A DNA stretch of 64,000 bases from an uncultured Gemmatimonadales bacterium (GTDB taxonomy: Bacteria; Gemmatimonadota; Gemmatimonadetes; Longimicrobiales; Gaopeijiaceae). The DNA lies in contig CAWGKG010000020.1 in the NCBI GenBank assembly GCA_963823035.1, positions 128,001 through 192,000 on the forward strand, written 5' to 3'. This document shows, piece by piece, positions 18,738-30,741 of the stretch; the stretch's first letter is position 1; each line of letters starts with the position of its first letter. A program made the position numbers and the translations under genes. The notes beneath the pieces are model-generated. The model saw only the letters and a program-made list of their open reading frames with translations. It was not told the origin of the DNA and ran no database searches.

Positions 18738-21700
18738 ATGCGAGCCCGAGACCACAGGACCGCGCGCGCCTGGACGCTACGCCTTCCAGCCCTGTTTCTC
18801 ACCGCGGCCCTGGCCGGCTGCGGCGACAGCAGCCCGTCCGACACGGGCCCCACACCCACCTCGGTGGCCGCGGCGGCCGGAGACGCCCAGACGGCCACCG
18901 TGGGCCAGCTGCTCGGCACGGCCCTCGCGGTGGTCGTGACCGGGTCGGACGGGCAGCCGTACCAGGGCGCCGCGGTGTCCTGGCAGGTGGCGTCGGGAGG
19001 AGGCTCGATCTCGCCCGCGTCGTCGCAAACGGACACCCAGGGGCAGGCCACGGCCCAGTGGACGCTCGGCACGGGCGCCGGCGCCCAGACCGCGACCGCC
19101 ACCGTCCAGGGGCTTCAGCCCGTGACGTTCTCGGCCACCGGCACGCCGGGTTCGGCCGCGCAGGTGGTGGTGACCCCCGGGTCGGCCACCATCGACGCGT
19201 TGCAGGGAACCCTCCAGCTCGACGCCGAGCTCCAGGACGCGTTCGGCAACGCGATCCCGGGCGCCACCTTCACCTGGAGCTCGAACGACGAGTCCGTGGC
19301 GACCGTGGACGCGAGCGGGCTGGCCATGGGCGTCGCGGTGGGCACCGCCCAGGTGAGCGCGGAGGCGGACGGAGAGGGCGTCGGCGGGAGCGCGGCGGTG
19401 GAGGTGCGGCAGGTGCCCGCCAGCGTGGCGATCACACCGGCGGACCCGCAGGTGACGTTGGGCGGCACGTTGCAGCTCGCCGCGGAGGTGAAGGACGCGA
19501 ACGGGAACGACCTCCCGAGCCCGGACGTCACGTGGACGTCCGCCGACGAGTCGATCGCGACCGTCGACGCGGACGGGCTGCTCGAAGGTGTGGCCGAAGG
19601 GCAGGTGGACGTCACCGCCGCGAGCGGGACGGCCAGTGGGAGCACCACCGCGGCGGTCATCCTCGAGGCGGACGACTTCGAGCCGAGCACCGACATGGAC
19701 ATCGGCGGGCAGATGACGGTCGGGAAGCTCACCGTTCCGGCGGGCGTCACCCTCACCGTCACGTCGGACCTGACGCTCACGGCGCTCGAGGACATCGACG
19801 TGCAGGGAACGATCACCGGTGACTGCGTCCAGATCACGGTGCAGGGGCGGGCGGCCGCGACGTACGCCGGCACGGTGAGCAACGCCTGCTCCGCCGAGAG
19901 CGAGGACGACCTCCCCGACGTGGTGCTGGTGAACGACGGCGCGCTCACGGTGGATGGGGCCGCCTTCACGTACGCGGGCGACGTCGAGATCAAGAACAAC
20001 CCCACCGTGACGCCCGACGACTTCGTCGATCTCGAGGGCGTGGCCGCGCGGAGCGGCAGCCGCGGCACCGCTGGACCCGCTGGACCCGCATTGGCGCCCG
20101 GCGGGGGTCCGTGCATCGTGATCGGGGGGACGTTCGCGCCCGCCTCGCCCGCGGGCCGGACCGGGTCGGACGGCACCAGCGCCGGTGCGGGGGGCGGCAA
20201 CGCCGGGGACGTCAGGCTCACCTGCGACGGCGACCTCCAGATAAGCGGAGGATCGACGGTCGAGGGGCGCAGCGGTGGCGACGGCGGCGACGGCATGAAC
20301 GCCGATCCGAGCTCGGACGACGCGAGCACCCGCGGCGGCGACGGCGGCGACGGCGGTGACGTCGACGTGCGTGCCACCGGCGACATCACGTTCGACGACG
20401 CCGGCGGCGGCACGACGATCACGCTCACCAACGGCGGCAACGGCGGCGACGCCACCATCCTCGGCAAGGACCCAGGCGGGAGCGCGACGGCCACGGGCGG
20501 CGACGGCGGCGATGGCGGCAACACGCACGTGTCGGCCGGCGGATCGATCACGATCGATCCGGGCGGGCTCACCCTCGTGGTGGGGAAGGGCGGTGACGGC
20601 GGGGAGGCGATCGCCAATGCCGGCAACGGGAAGGACGCGGACGCCGCCGCGGCGACACCCGGGGGGGGCGCCACGGCCACCGGCGGCGCGGCGGGCCACT
20701 CGGTGCTCGGTACGCTGCGTGCGCGCGGCGCGGTGAACGGGCGCGGCAACATCGTGGTGACGGGGGGAGACGGCGGCCGGGGTGGTGACGCCACCGCGGT
20801 GGGAGGAAAGGGCGGGGATGGCAACCTGACGTTCCCCGACGGCGCGGGCGGCGGCGCCATGGCGGCGCACGGCGGGAAGGGCGGCGACGCCCGCACGAAG
20901 GACATCACCGGCACCACGGTCGGGACGAGCGGGGACGGCGGGGACATCCGCGTGGTCAACGGCCGCGGCGGCGACGGCGCGGACCGCTGCTCGATTCCCG
21001 ACAGCGGTGGCTCCGGCGGGGACGGCGGCTCGGCTGCGGGCGCGCCGGGTGACGGCGGCGGCGGCGACAACCCCGGGATGAAGGGGAAGATCACCGTGGC
21101 CGAAAACACCGGGAACGCCGGCGACGGGATGAACGGGAACGGGCCCGGAAGCGGCGGCAGCGCCGGCGCCGACGACCTCGCGACCGGCTTCGACCGGACC
21201 GACGAAGGGCTCTTCACCTTCCAGAACGGGGTCGACGGCGCCGACTGCCCCGCGGGGACGAAGCGCGAGGCCAGGATCCGATTGAGCGCCGTGGAGAACA
21301 CGAGCGGAAACGTGCCCTTCGGCACGCAGACGCTCCCGCTCGACGACGTCGAGACGGACGAGCAGCTGGGTACCGTGCCCCTCACCACGGTGGGCTCGTC
21401 CGGCAACCACTACTGGGGGAGCAGCCCCGACCGCATCGGCGTTTCGGGCGGCAACGGCTTCGCCGTCGAGCTGGCGGAGCTCCAGCTGACGGGCGTCGAC
21501 CCGTTCCAGGTGCAGGACGCGCGAGGTCTGCGTCACCAACACCTTCGGCGTGACGCCGTCCAACCCGATCACGCTCGAGCGGCGCGACGCCGATGGGGTG
21601 ACGCTGGCGAACACGGAGATCGGCGATCCGTCCGCCGGCGGCGGATGCACCAGCTTCGGCATCGAGGCCGGCACGGCGGTCCTCGTCTTGATGGCGCCGT

Positions 21701-21759
21701 CCGGGGCCGTGGTGGACTTCCGCGACCTCGTGTTCGGTCTGTTCGGCGTGTTCCCCTGA
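18738..21759 (+). CDS. Surface lipoprotein with bacterial Ig-like domains and a long Gly-rich (GGxGG) region; frameshift at about 21520
   Basis: Lipobox LAGC; TWSSNDESVATVD and TWTSADESIATVD Big_2 motifs; GGDGGDGG repeats; C-terminus continues in the 21550-21759 frame. Confidence 0.82.
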
Positions 21760-21784
21760 CCGCGGGGCGCTGAACCAAGGAGGG

Positions 21785-21810
21785 TGGGGCGTCGGGCGGC
21801 GCCCCATTTC
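21785..21810 (+). terminator. Intrinsic terminator candidate
   Basis: TGGGGCGTC-gggc-GGCGCCCCA stem followed by TTTC. Confidence 0.55.
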
Positions 21811-21813
21811 CTC

Positions 21814-21842
21814 TTGCGCAAGAACATACCATACGGTATAGT
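21814..21842 (+). promoter_or_regulatory. sigma70 promoter overlapped by palindromes
   Basis: TTGCGC-17 nt-TATAGT; dyads TCTTGCGCAAGA (21812-23) and ATACC-ATAC-GGTAT (21826-39). Confidence 0.7.
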
Positions 21843-21890
21843 AGGTCAACGACGCGACGCTCAACCCCCGTCCAAGGAGGAGGGTGCCCC

Positions 21891-22772
21891 ATGTCGACGC
21901 TCACACGGTTGCATCGCGCGGCGTTCGTGGCCGCTCTGCTCGCCGCCGTCCTTTCCACGCCGGCGCGTGCGCGGGCCCAAAGCGGGGTGCAGGTCCGGCT
22001 CGCCGAACCGGGCGAGGTCCAGGAACTCCGCCTCGCCGACGGCTCGGCGCTGATCGGGCGTGTGGTCGAGGTGGGAGACCCCATCCGCTTCGAGCTCGTC
22101 TCGGGCGGGGTCGTCGAGGTGCGTCCGGCGCAGGTCCGGGGCCTGCGCACCGTGAAGGGCGACATCCACGACGGGGAGCTCTGGTCTCCCGACCCGAGCT
22201 CGAACCGCCTCTTCTTCGGGCCGACGGCCCGGATGATCGGCGCCGGACATGGCTATCTGGCGGTGTTCGAGGCGATCTTCCCGTCGGTTTCCGTGGGGTT
22301 GACCGACCGTGCGACGATCGGGGCGGGGACGCTGCTGATCGGCGACCTGGGGACGGACAGGCCCTTCTGGTTCGTGCCGAAGGTCCAGGTGGTCGCGCTG
22401 GAGCAGGTGGCGGTCTCCCTCGGCGCCCTGGCGATCGTGGGTGGCGACGACACCGCCGGCATCCTGTACGGGGTCGCGACGCTGGGAGCGCCGGACCACG
22501 CCGTCACTATGGGGCTGGGCTACGGTTGGGTGAATGACGAACTGGCGAACACGCCCGCCATCCTCGTGGGTGGGGAGGCCCGTGTGGCGAAGGGCGTGAA
22601 GCTGATCACGGAGAACTACCTGATCCCCACGGGGGACGGAGACTCCGCGGTGCTCCTTTCCGCTGGACCCAGGTTCTTCAACGAGCGACTGAGCGCCGAC
22701 CTCGGGATCGCGGTGTCCGCTACGGGCGGCGGTGGCTTCTTCCCGCTCGTGAACTTCGTCTACAACTGGTGA
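21891..22772 (+). CDS. Secreted hypothetical protein, probable small N-terminal domain plus beta-barrel
   Basis: AAGGAGGAGG RBS, signal peptide ARA-Q, NRLFFGPTAR motif, alternating strands, C-terminal VNFVYNW. Confidence 0.75.
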   Translation: MSTLTRLHRAAFVAALLAAVLSTPARARAQSGVQVRLAEPGEVQELRLADGSALIGRVVEVGDPIRFELVSGGVVEVRPAQVRGLRTVKGDIHDGELWSPDPSSNRLFFGPTARMIGAGHGYLAVFEAIFPSVSVGLTDRATIGAGTLLIGDLGTDRPFWFVPKVQVVALEQVAVSLGALAIVGGDDTAGILYGVATLGAPDHAVTMGLGYGWVNDELANTPAILVGGEARVAKGVKLITENYLIPTGDGDSAVLLSAGPRFFNERLSADLGIAVSATGGGGFFPLVNFVYNW

Positions 22773-22778
22773 GGCGCC

Positions 22779-24461
<1,683 letters not shown>

Positions 24462-24601
24462 GGTCGTGCTTCGCGGTGGAGGTCCTCGGGACGGGTGGGG
24501 GGAGAATCTAGCAGGAGGTCCCCACCGGGTGTACGGCCGGGGGCCGCGGGCCCGGCACGCCACCGGCGGAACACCGCGGTGGAGAGGGGGCGGTTCGGAG
24601 G

Positions 24602-25048
24602 CTACCGCGCCGGTGGGTGGCGCAGCCGGAGCGCCCGCGGTGTGATCCGGTAGGGCGGAGGCTCCCCGCGGGCTCCGAGCTCCAGGCGCAGCTCACCGTG
24701 GTTGCGGAGCTCCACCAGTCCGCGGTACACGGCCGAGTCGCCCCCCATCCGGATCCGAAGCCGTAGCTCGTTGGGGTAGCCCTCGACGAGCGTGTAGGCG
24801 AACTCCTGTCGTGAGCTGTCCACGACCCGGTAGCCCAGGTCGTCGGAGCCGAAGTGGTACACCACGTTGCCGCCCCCCCCGTCGTCGCCGAGCCACGTCC
24901 CCGACAGGAGGCTCGCGGTCCGGGGCGTCGCGTCGAGGCGCCCGAGCGAGATCGCCGCGACCAGCCCCAGGGCCGCGAAGATCGCGAGCGCCATCCAGGC
25001 CGCCGCCCGCTCCTTCCGGGCATCGCCGATCCCTCTCACCTCGTCCAT
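24602..25048 (-). CDS. Hypothetical membrane-anchored small beta-rich protein
   Basis: One TM (WMALAIFAALGLVAAISLG), LSGTW lipocalin-like start; TACGCT -10 six nt before the ATG. Confidence 0.65.
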   Translation of the reverse strand: MDEVRGIGDARKERAAAWMALAIFAALGLVAAISLGRLDATPRTASLLSGTWLGDDGGGGNVVYHFGSDDLGYRVVDSSRQEFAYTLVEGYPNELRLRIRMGGDSAVYRGLVELRNHGELRLELGARGEPPPYRITPRALRLRHPPAR

Positions 25049-25070
25049 GGCCGAAGCGTAGCGGGGGCGC

Positions 25071-25178
25071 CGTGAAGGAAGCACAAGTGTCGGGCGCTTC
25101 TCCGTGAAGGACCCGCGGTCGTCGTGCCCTTCCCGTTTCCCTCATGCCCGGGACCCGGCTCCTTGTGCGATCCTCATG
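25071..25178. promoter_or_regulatory. Divergent promoter with four 18-bp direct-repeat boxes (KdpE-like)
   Basis: Minus strand ACTTGTG-CTTC-CTTCACG (25088-71) and GACCGCG-GGTC-CTTCACG (25120-03); plus strand CTTCCCG-TTTC-CCTCATG (25129-46) and CCTTGTG-CGAT-CCTCATG (25161-78). Confidence 0.6.
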
Positions 25179-25201
25179 GCCTCGCTGGGAGATTCCCCAC
25201 C

Positions 25202-25690
25202 ATGCACGACGGAAGGGATGCTGTACTCGGCTTGTCGTCCGGCTCATCCGGGAGGGTGCCGCCGCTCCGGTTCCGGGGGCTGCGCGCGGTGGTCGTCGGC
25301 TGTGGCCGCGTAGGGTCGCATGCCGCCGGCCTCCTCAGCGCGGAGGGGGCCGAGGTGGTGGTGGTGGACCGCGATCCCGAAGCGCTCGACAGCCTCGGGC
25401 CGGAGTTCAGCGGCTTCAAGGTCGCCGGGGACGCGGCGGAGCTCGCCGTGCTGCGCCGCGCGGGGGCCGCCGACGCCGACGTCCTGTTCGCGGCGACGGA
25501 CAGTGACACCCTGAACATCATGGTGACGCAGGTCGCCAGGGAACGCTTCGGCGTCGAGACCGTGGTGGCCAGGGTGTTCCTCCCCGAGTGGGAGGGCGCC
25601 TACCGTGAGCTGGGCATCCGCACGATCTCCCCCGTCGCGCACGCCGTGCAAGCGTTCCTCGAAGTGATCGTGGGCCCCGTGGAGCCGTGA
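25202..25690 (+). CDS. trkA: TrkA-N (RCK_N only) potassium uptake regulatory subunit
   Basis: VVVGCGRVG Rossmann motif, AATDSDTLN. Confidence 0.88.
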   Translation: MHDGRDAVLGLSSGSSGRVPPLRFRGLRAVVVGCGRVGSHAAGLLSAEGAEVVVVDRDPEALDSLGPEFSGFKVAGDAAELAVLRRAGAADADVLFAATDSDTLNIMVTQVARERFGVETVVARVFLPEWEGAYRELGIRTISPVAHAVQAFLEVIVGPVEP

Positions 25691-26349
25691 TGCGCATCCT
25701 GCTCGTAGGCTCGGGCCGCTCGGCGTACTTCCTCGCGCGGAGGTTCCTGGACCTGGGGCACCAGGTCACCGTCGTGGCCGCCGCCGCCGCCGACGCGCGC
25801 CGCCTCGCTCGCTCGCTGGAGGGCGCCACGGTGGTGGTCGGTGACGGGGCGCGGCCGGACGTCCTCGACGATGCCGGCGCCCTGCACGCCGACGTTGTCG
25901 TGGCGGCGACTCCCGACGATCACCGCAACCTGGTGGCGTGTCAGATCGCACGCCGGGTCTACTTCGTGGGGCGTACGATCGCGGTCGTCGAGGACCCCGA
26001 CAACGAGGAGGTCTTCCGGCGCCTGGGCGTGGACGCCGCGGTGTCCGTTACGGACCTCCTCACCGGCATCGTCGCGCGGGAGGCGGTGGTCGACGACATC
26101 GCCCGGCTCGTGGCCTTCGCGGGCGGCCGCATCCTGGTCACGGATCTCTGCCTCCCGGCCGGCTCCGCCGCGGCGGGTTCGACGCTGGCGGACATCGGCT
26201 CGGCACACGGGCTCGTGGCGGCCGTGCGCCGCGGTGAGCGTGTGTTCATACCCCGGGGCGATACGCGTCTCGAAGCCGGCGACCAGCTCGTCGTGGTCAC
26301 GGTGCCCGACGCGGACGACTCGCTCGTGGACCGGCTCCTCGGGACATGA
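25690..26349 (+). CDS. trkA: TrkA-family protein (RCK_N plus RCK_C)
   Basis: RILLVGSGRSA, GDGA, ATPDDHRNL, IPRGDTRLEAGD. Confidence 0.88.
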   Translation: MRILLVGSGRSAYFLARRFLDLGHQVTVVAAAAADARRLARSLEGATVVVGDGARPDVLDDAGALHADVVVAATPDDHRNLVACQIARRVYFVGRTIAVVEDPDNEEVFRRLGVDAAVSVTDLLTGIVAREAVVDDIARLVAFAGGRILVTDLCLPAGSAAAGSTLADIGSAHGLVAAVRRGERVFIPRGDTRLEAGDQLVVVTVPDADDSLVDRLLGT

Positions 26350-27905
26350 CCCCGTCCGGTCCGGGGCGGCTCCCCATCCTCGCTCGCCGATACGGCGAGA
26401 TCCTGCGCCACACGGGGAGCGTCGCGGTCGTCTCCGGGTTGGTGATCGCCAGCCCCGCACTCGCGGTGGGCGCGTTCCCGTCCGAGATCTCCACCCTTCC
26501 CGCGTTCCTCCTGCCGGGCGCGGCGCTCGGACTGCTCGGGCTCGGGCTGAGGCGGCTCTCACCGGCCGTGCCCACGCGCGGCTCCCTCGGGCTGGCCGAG
26601 GGGTCGCTGATCGTCCTGCTCTCGTGGTCGCTCGCGGTGGTCTTCGGCGCGGTCCCGTTCGTCCTGGTCGGGGGACTGGACATCACCGGGGCGGTGTTCG
26701 AGTCCACGAGCGGGTGGACCACGACCGGGCTCACCGTCGTGGACGTCGGCGCGGCGCACCCCACGATCCTCCTTCTCCGGAGCGCCCTCCAGCTCGCCGG
26801 GGGCGCCGGCCTGGCCATCCTCATGCTCAGCGCCCTCGTGGGCCCCGCGGGCACCGGCATCAACACGGCCGAAGGCAAGGAGGAGTTGCTGGTGCCGGTG
26901 GTGGATCGCTCCGCCGTGCTCGTCGTCCGGATCTACGGTGCCTACGCCGTGCTCGGCACCGTGGGGCTGCACCTCTCGGGGATGTCCTGGTTCGACGCCG
27001 TCAACCACGCGCTCACGGCGGTCTCCACGGGAGGCTTCTCCACGCGCGCCGATTCGATCGGCGCCTGGGATTCGCCGGCCATCGAGGCGGTGACCATACT
27101 CCTCATGGTGCTCGGGAACCTCAGCTTCGTGACCGCCTGGGCCGCGCTCCGGGGCCGTTGGCGGGCCGTGCTGACGAACGGGGAGGTGCGGACGTCCGCG
27201 GTGCTCGGCCTGCTCGGCGGGCTGGTGGTGTGGTCCGGCGCAACACGCCTGCTCTTCCCGCAGGCAACGAAGGCGTTGAGGGTGGCGCTCTTCGAGACGG
27301 TGACCGCGCTCACGACCACGGGCTTCTCGACCGTCGCGTACACCGGCTGGCCCTCCGTGGGGTGGTGCGTGCTGATCGTCCTCATGATCGTGGGCGGTGG
27401 CACCTGCTCGACGGCGGGCGGCGTGAAACAGTACCGGGTCCACGTGCTGTTCCGGTATCTGCTCCACGACCTGGGGCGACGCCTCGGACCGAGGCGTGCC
27501 GTCACCGAGCCCTTCCTGCGCGAGGCGGCCGACCGGCGCTTCCTGGCGGACGCGGAGGTGGCCCGCATCGGCGCCTTCCTGCTTCTGTACCTGGCTGCGC
27601 TCGGACTGGGTACGGGCGTGCTGGCGGCATACGGCAACGGGGTGCGTGAGAGCCTCTTCGAGTTCGCCAGCGCCCTCGGGACGGTGGGGCTCAGCATCGG
27701 CGTGACTGCCCCGGACGCCCCGCGCGGCCTCCTCTGGGCCGAGACCCTCGGGATGCTCCTCGGACGGCTCGAGTTCTTCACCGTCTTCGTCGGCGTCGCG
27801 TGCCTGGCTCGGGACGGCCGCCTCGCGCTGCGCGCGGCAGGGGCCCGCCCGCGCCCCGGGGTCCGGGGCCGCAAAGTTCGCGGTGCGGTCGCGGCGCGCC
27901 CTTGA
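26346..27905 (+). CDS. trkH: TrkH-family potassium uptake membrane protein
   Basis: Four pore loops TTTGL, STGGF, TTTGF, GTVGL; STAGGVK; GRLE. Confidence 0.92.
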   Translation: MTPSGPGRLPILARRYGEILRHTGSVAVVSGLVIASPALAVGAFPSEISTLPAFLLPGAALGLLGLGLRRLSPAVPTRGSLGLAEGSLIVLLSWSLAVVFGAVPFVLVGGLDITGAVFESTSGWTTTGLTVVDVGAAHPTILLLRSALQLAGGAGLAILMLSALVGPAGTGINTAEGKEELLVPVVDRSAVLVVRIYGAYAVLGTVGLHLSGMSWFDAVNHALTAVSTGGFSTRADSIGAWDSPAIEAVTILLMVLGNLSFVTAWAALRGRWRAVLTNGEVRTSAVLGLLGGLVVWSGATRLLFPQATKALRVALFETVTALTTTGFSTVAYTGWPSVGWCVLIVLMIVGGGTCSTAGGVKQYRVHVLFRYLLHDLGRRLGPRRAVTEPFLREAADRRFLADAEVARIGAFLLLYLAALGLGTGVLAAYGNGVRESLFEFASALGTVGLSIGVTAPDAPRGLLWAETLGMLLGRLEFFTVFVGVACLARDGRLALRAAGARPRPGVRGRKVRGAVAARP

Positions 27906-27950
27906 TGTCTCCTTCACGGTGCCCGTCGACCCCTTTGTGCCTTCCTGATG
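27901..27950 (+). promoter_or_regulatory. Pair of 18-bp KdpE-like boxes upstream of kup
   Basis: CTTGATG-TCTC-CTTCACG (27901-18) and CTTTGTG-CCTT-CCTGATG (27933-50). Confidence 0.6.
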
Positions 27951-28010
27951 GCCCCGTCGGACACTTCATGGCTGGACCCGGATCGTCGCCTCTCCGACGC
28001 GGACCCGACC

Positions 28011-29925
28011 ATGGACACCCCACCGACCGACACGACGCCCTCGGGACGAAGGCTGGCGGTGCTCTCGCTGGCCGCCCTGGGCGTCGTGTACGGCGACATC
28101 GGAACGAGCCCCCTGTACGCGATCCGCGAGAGCTTCCACGAGAGCTACGGCCTGGCGGTGACCGCCGAGAACGTGCTCGGCGTGCTGTCGCTCATCTTCT
28201 GGTCGCTGGTGCTGGTGATCTCGGTGAAGTACCTGGCCTTCGTCCTGCGGGCCGACAACCGCGGCGAGGGCGGGATCCTGGCGCTCACGGCGCTCGTGAC
28301 GCCCGCTCCACGACGGCCGCGACCAGGCCGCGGGCTCCTGGTCATGCTCGGCCTGTTCGGCGCCGCGCTCCTCTACGGCGACGGGATGATCACGCCGGCC
28401 ATCAGCGTGCTGTCGGCCGTCGAGGGGCTCCAGGTCGCCACGCCGGTCTTCCAGCGCTAGGTCGTCCCGCTCACCGTGCGTCGATCCTCGTCGGGCTCTT
28501 CCTCTTCCAGCGGCGCGGCACGGAGGGCGTGGGCAAGGTGTTCGGCCCGATCACCCTGGTCTGGTTCGCGGTGCTGGCCGCCCTGGGCGTCTACCAGATC
28601 GTCGCAGGAGCCGTCGCGTGCTCGCCGCCGTCCTGCCCACGCACGCCGTGCGCCTTCTTCGTGCACAACGGCCTGCGCGGCTTCCTGGTGCTGGGCAGCG
28701 TCTTCCTCGTCGTGACCGGCGGCGAGGCCCTCTACGCGGACATGGGGCACTTCGGCACGCGCCCGATCCGCCTGATGTGGTTCGCGGTGGTCCTGCCGGC
28801 GCTCCTGCTCAACTACTTCGGCCAGGGGGCGCTCCTCATCCGCGACCCCGGCCGCCATCGAGAACCCCTTCTACCGGATGGGGCCGCGACTGGGCGGTCT
28901 ACCCGCTGGTCGTCCTCGCCACCGCGGCGACGGTGATCGCGTCGCAGGCGGTGATCTCGGGCTCGTTCTCCCTGGCCATGCAGTCCGTGCAGCTCGGCTA
29001 CAGCCCGCGCCTGCGGATCGAGCACACGTCCGCGAGCGAGATCGGCCAGATCTACATCCCGGCGGTCAACTGGGCGCTGATGGTCGCGTGCATCGGGCTG
29101 GTGGTCGGCTTCGGCAGCTCCAGCGACCTGGCCGCCGCGTACGGCGTCGCGGTGACCACCACCATGGTCATCACCACGCTCCTGTTCTACGTGCGTCGCG
29201 CGCGAGCGCTGGGGCTGGTCGCTGTCCGGTCGCGCTGGGCGTCGCCGCGCTCTTCATGGTGGTGGACCTGTCCTTCTGGGTCGCGAACCTCACGAAGATC
29301 CCGGCGGGCGGCTGGTTCCCGCTCGCTCGTGGCCGGCGTGGTCTTCCTCGCTGATGACCACGTGGAAGACCGGCCGCCGGCTCCTGGCGCGCCGCATGAA
29401 GGCGCGCGAGCTCCCGCTCGCGGACTTCCTCGAGAGCATCCGGGCGCATCCGCCGACGCGCGTGCCGCGGCACGGCGGTCTTCATGTTCGGCGACGCCGA
29501 CGGCACGCCCCGGGCGCTCCTGCACAACCTGAAGCACAACAAGGTCCTCCACGAGCAGGTGGTCTTCCTGTCCGTCGTGACCGAGGACGTGCCCCGCACG
29601 TCCCCGCGTCGGAGCGCGTCACCGTCGTGGCCCGGGCGGCAGGGCTTCTAGCTCGGTGATCCTCCACTACGGCTTCATGGAGGACGTCGACGTCCCCGCC
29701 GTCCTCCGCGAGCTCGACGGGCAGGACGGCCTCCGCCTGAAGCCGATGGAGACGACCTACTTCCTGGGCCGGGAGACGCTCGTCCCCAGCGACGACGGCT
29801 CCGGGATGCTGTTCTGGCGCGAGCGGCTGTTCGCCTTCATGAGCCACAACGCCCGCTCCCCGGCGTCGTTCTTCCGGCTGCCGCCCAACCAGGTCGTCGA
29901 GATCGGGGCGCGCATCGAGCTGTGA
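28011..29925 (+). CDS. kup: Kup potassium transporter, broken by many frameshifts and an in-frame TAG (28458-60); probably sequence errors
   Basis: [79 protein letters not shown]. Confidence 0.9.
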
Positions 29926-30046
29926 CCGCCGGGGAGCGAAGGGCCGCTCGCAGGGGGCCGAGGGAGGGAGGGACGAATCGGAGGGGACCGAGGAACGAGC
30001 TTCCGCCACCCTGGCACCCGAGGCACTTTCCGATAGCTTCCCGCAC

Positions 30047-30741
30047 ATGAGCGGCACGGTTCTGATCGTCGACGACGAGCCCCACATCCGGCGGGCCCTG
30101 CGCAACGCGCTCGCCGACGACTTCGAGCGAAGATCGTCGAGGCCGGAACCGCCTCCGAGGCCGTGGACCTGGCGGCCGCGCACCGGCCCGACCTGATCGT
30201 CCTCGACCTCGGGCTCCCCGACCGCCGGGCCAGTGGGTGTGCGCCGAGATCCGGAAGTGGTCGGCGGCGCCGATCATCGTGCTGTCGGCGCACCACGCCG
30301 AGAGCGAGAAGATCCGTCTGCTCGACGAGGGCGCGGACGACTACGTGACCAAGCCGTTCAGCCCGGCGGAGCTCATGGCCCGGGTGCGCGCCCAGCTCCG
30401 GCGGATCTCGCCGCGGAGCTGCCGGGCGAGGACGGAGTGGTCCGGATCGGCGAGCTCGTCATCGACCCCGGCGCGCGCACGGTCCGCCGCGGCGACGAGG
30501 AGATCCATCTCACGCCCACCGAGTGGGACCTGCTGCGCGTCGTTCCTGCGCCACGCCGGGAAGACCCTCACCCACCGCCAGCTCTTCTCCGGCGGTCTGG
30601 GCCGCTTCGTCGGGGGACCCGCAGCAGTACCTGCGCGTCTACGTCGCGAACCTGCGCCGCAAGCTGGAGCCGGACTCGGTCCGGCCCCGCCTGATCATCA
30701 CCGAGCCGGGGGTGGGCTACCGCTTCGAGATCCGTGACTGA
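30047..30741 (+). CDS. kdpE: KdpE-like OmpR-family response regulator (frameshifted)
   Basis: [57 protein letters not shown]...[10 protein letters not shown]. Confidence 0.85.

Noticed and set aside
18777..21827. Long antisense ORFs (1016 aa, 763 aa) and similar ORFs such as 5502-7865 and 62003-63928
   Set aside because: Shadow ORFs of high-GC coding strands; no motifs, Arg/Pro/Ala-rich
27948..28010. kup start at ATG 27948
   Set aside because: This ATG lies inside the proximal operator box; ATG 28011 fits better
28458..28460. In-frame TAG in kup as pyrrolysine or amber recoding
   Set aside because: It falls where a Tyr (TAC) would fit, in an indel-rich stretch; many genes here end in TAG and no pyl genes are present
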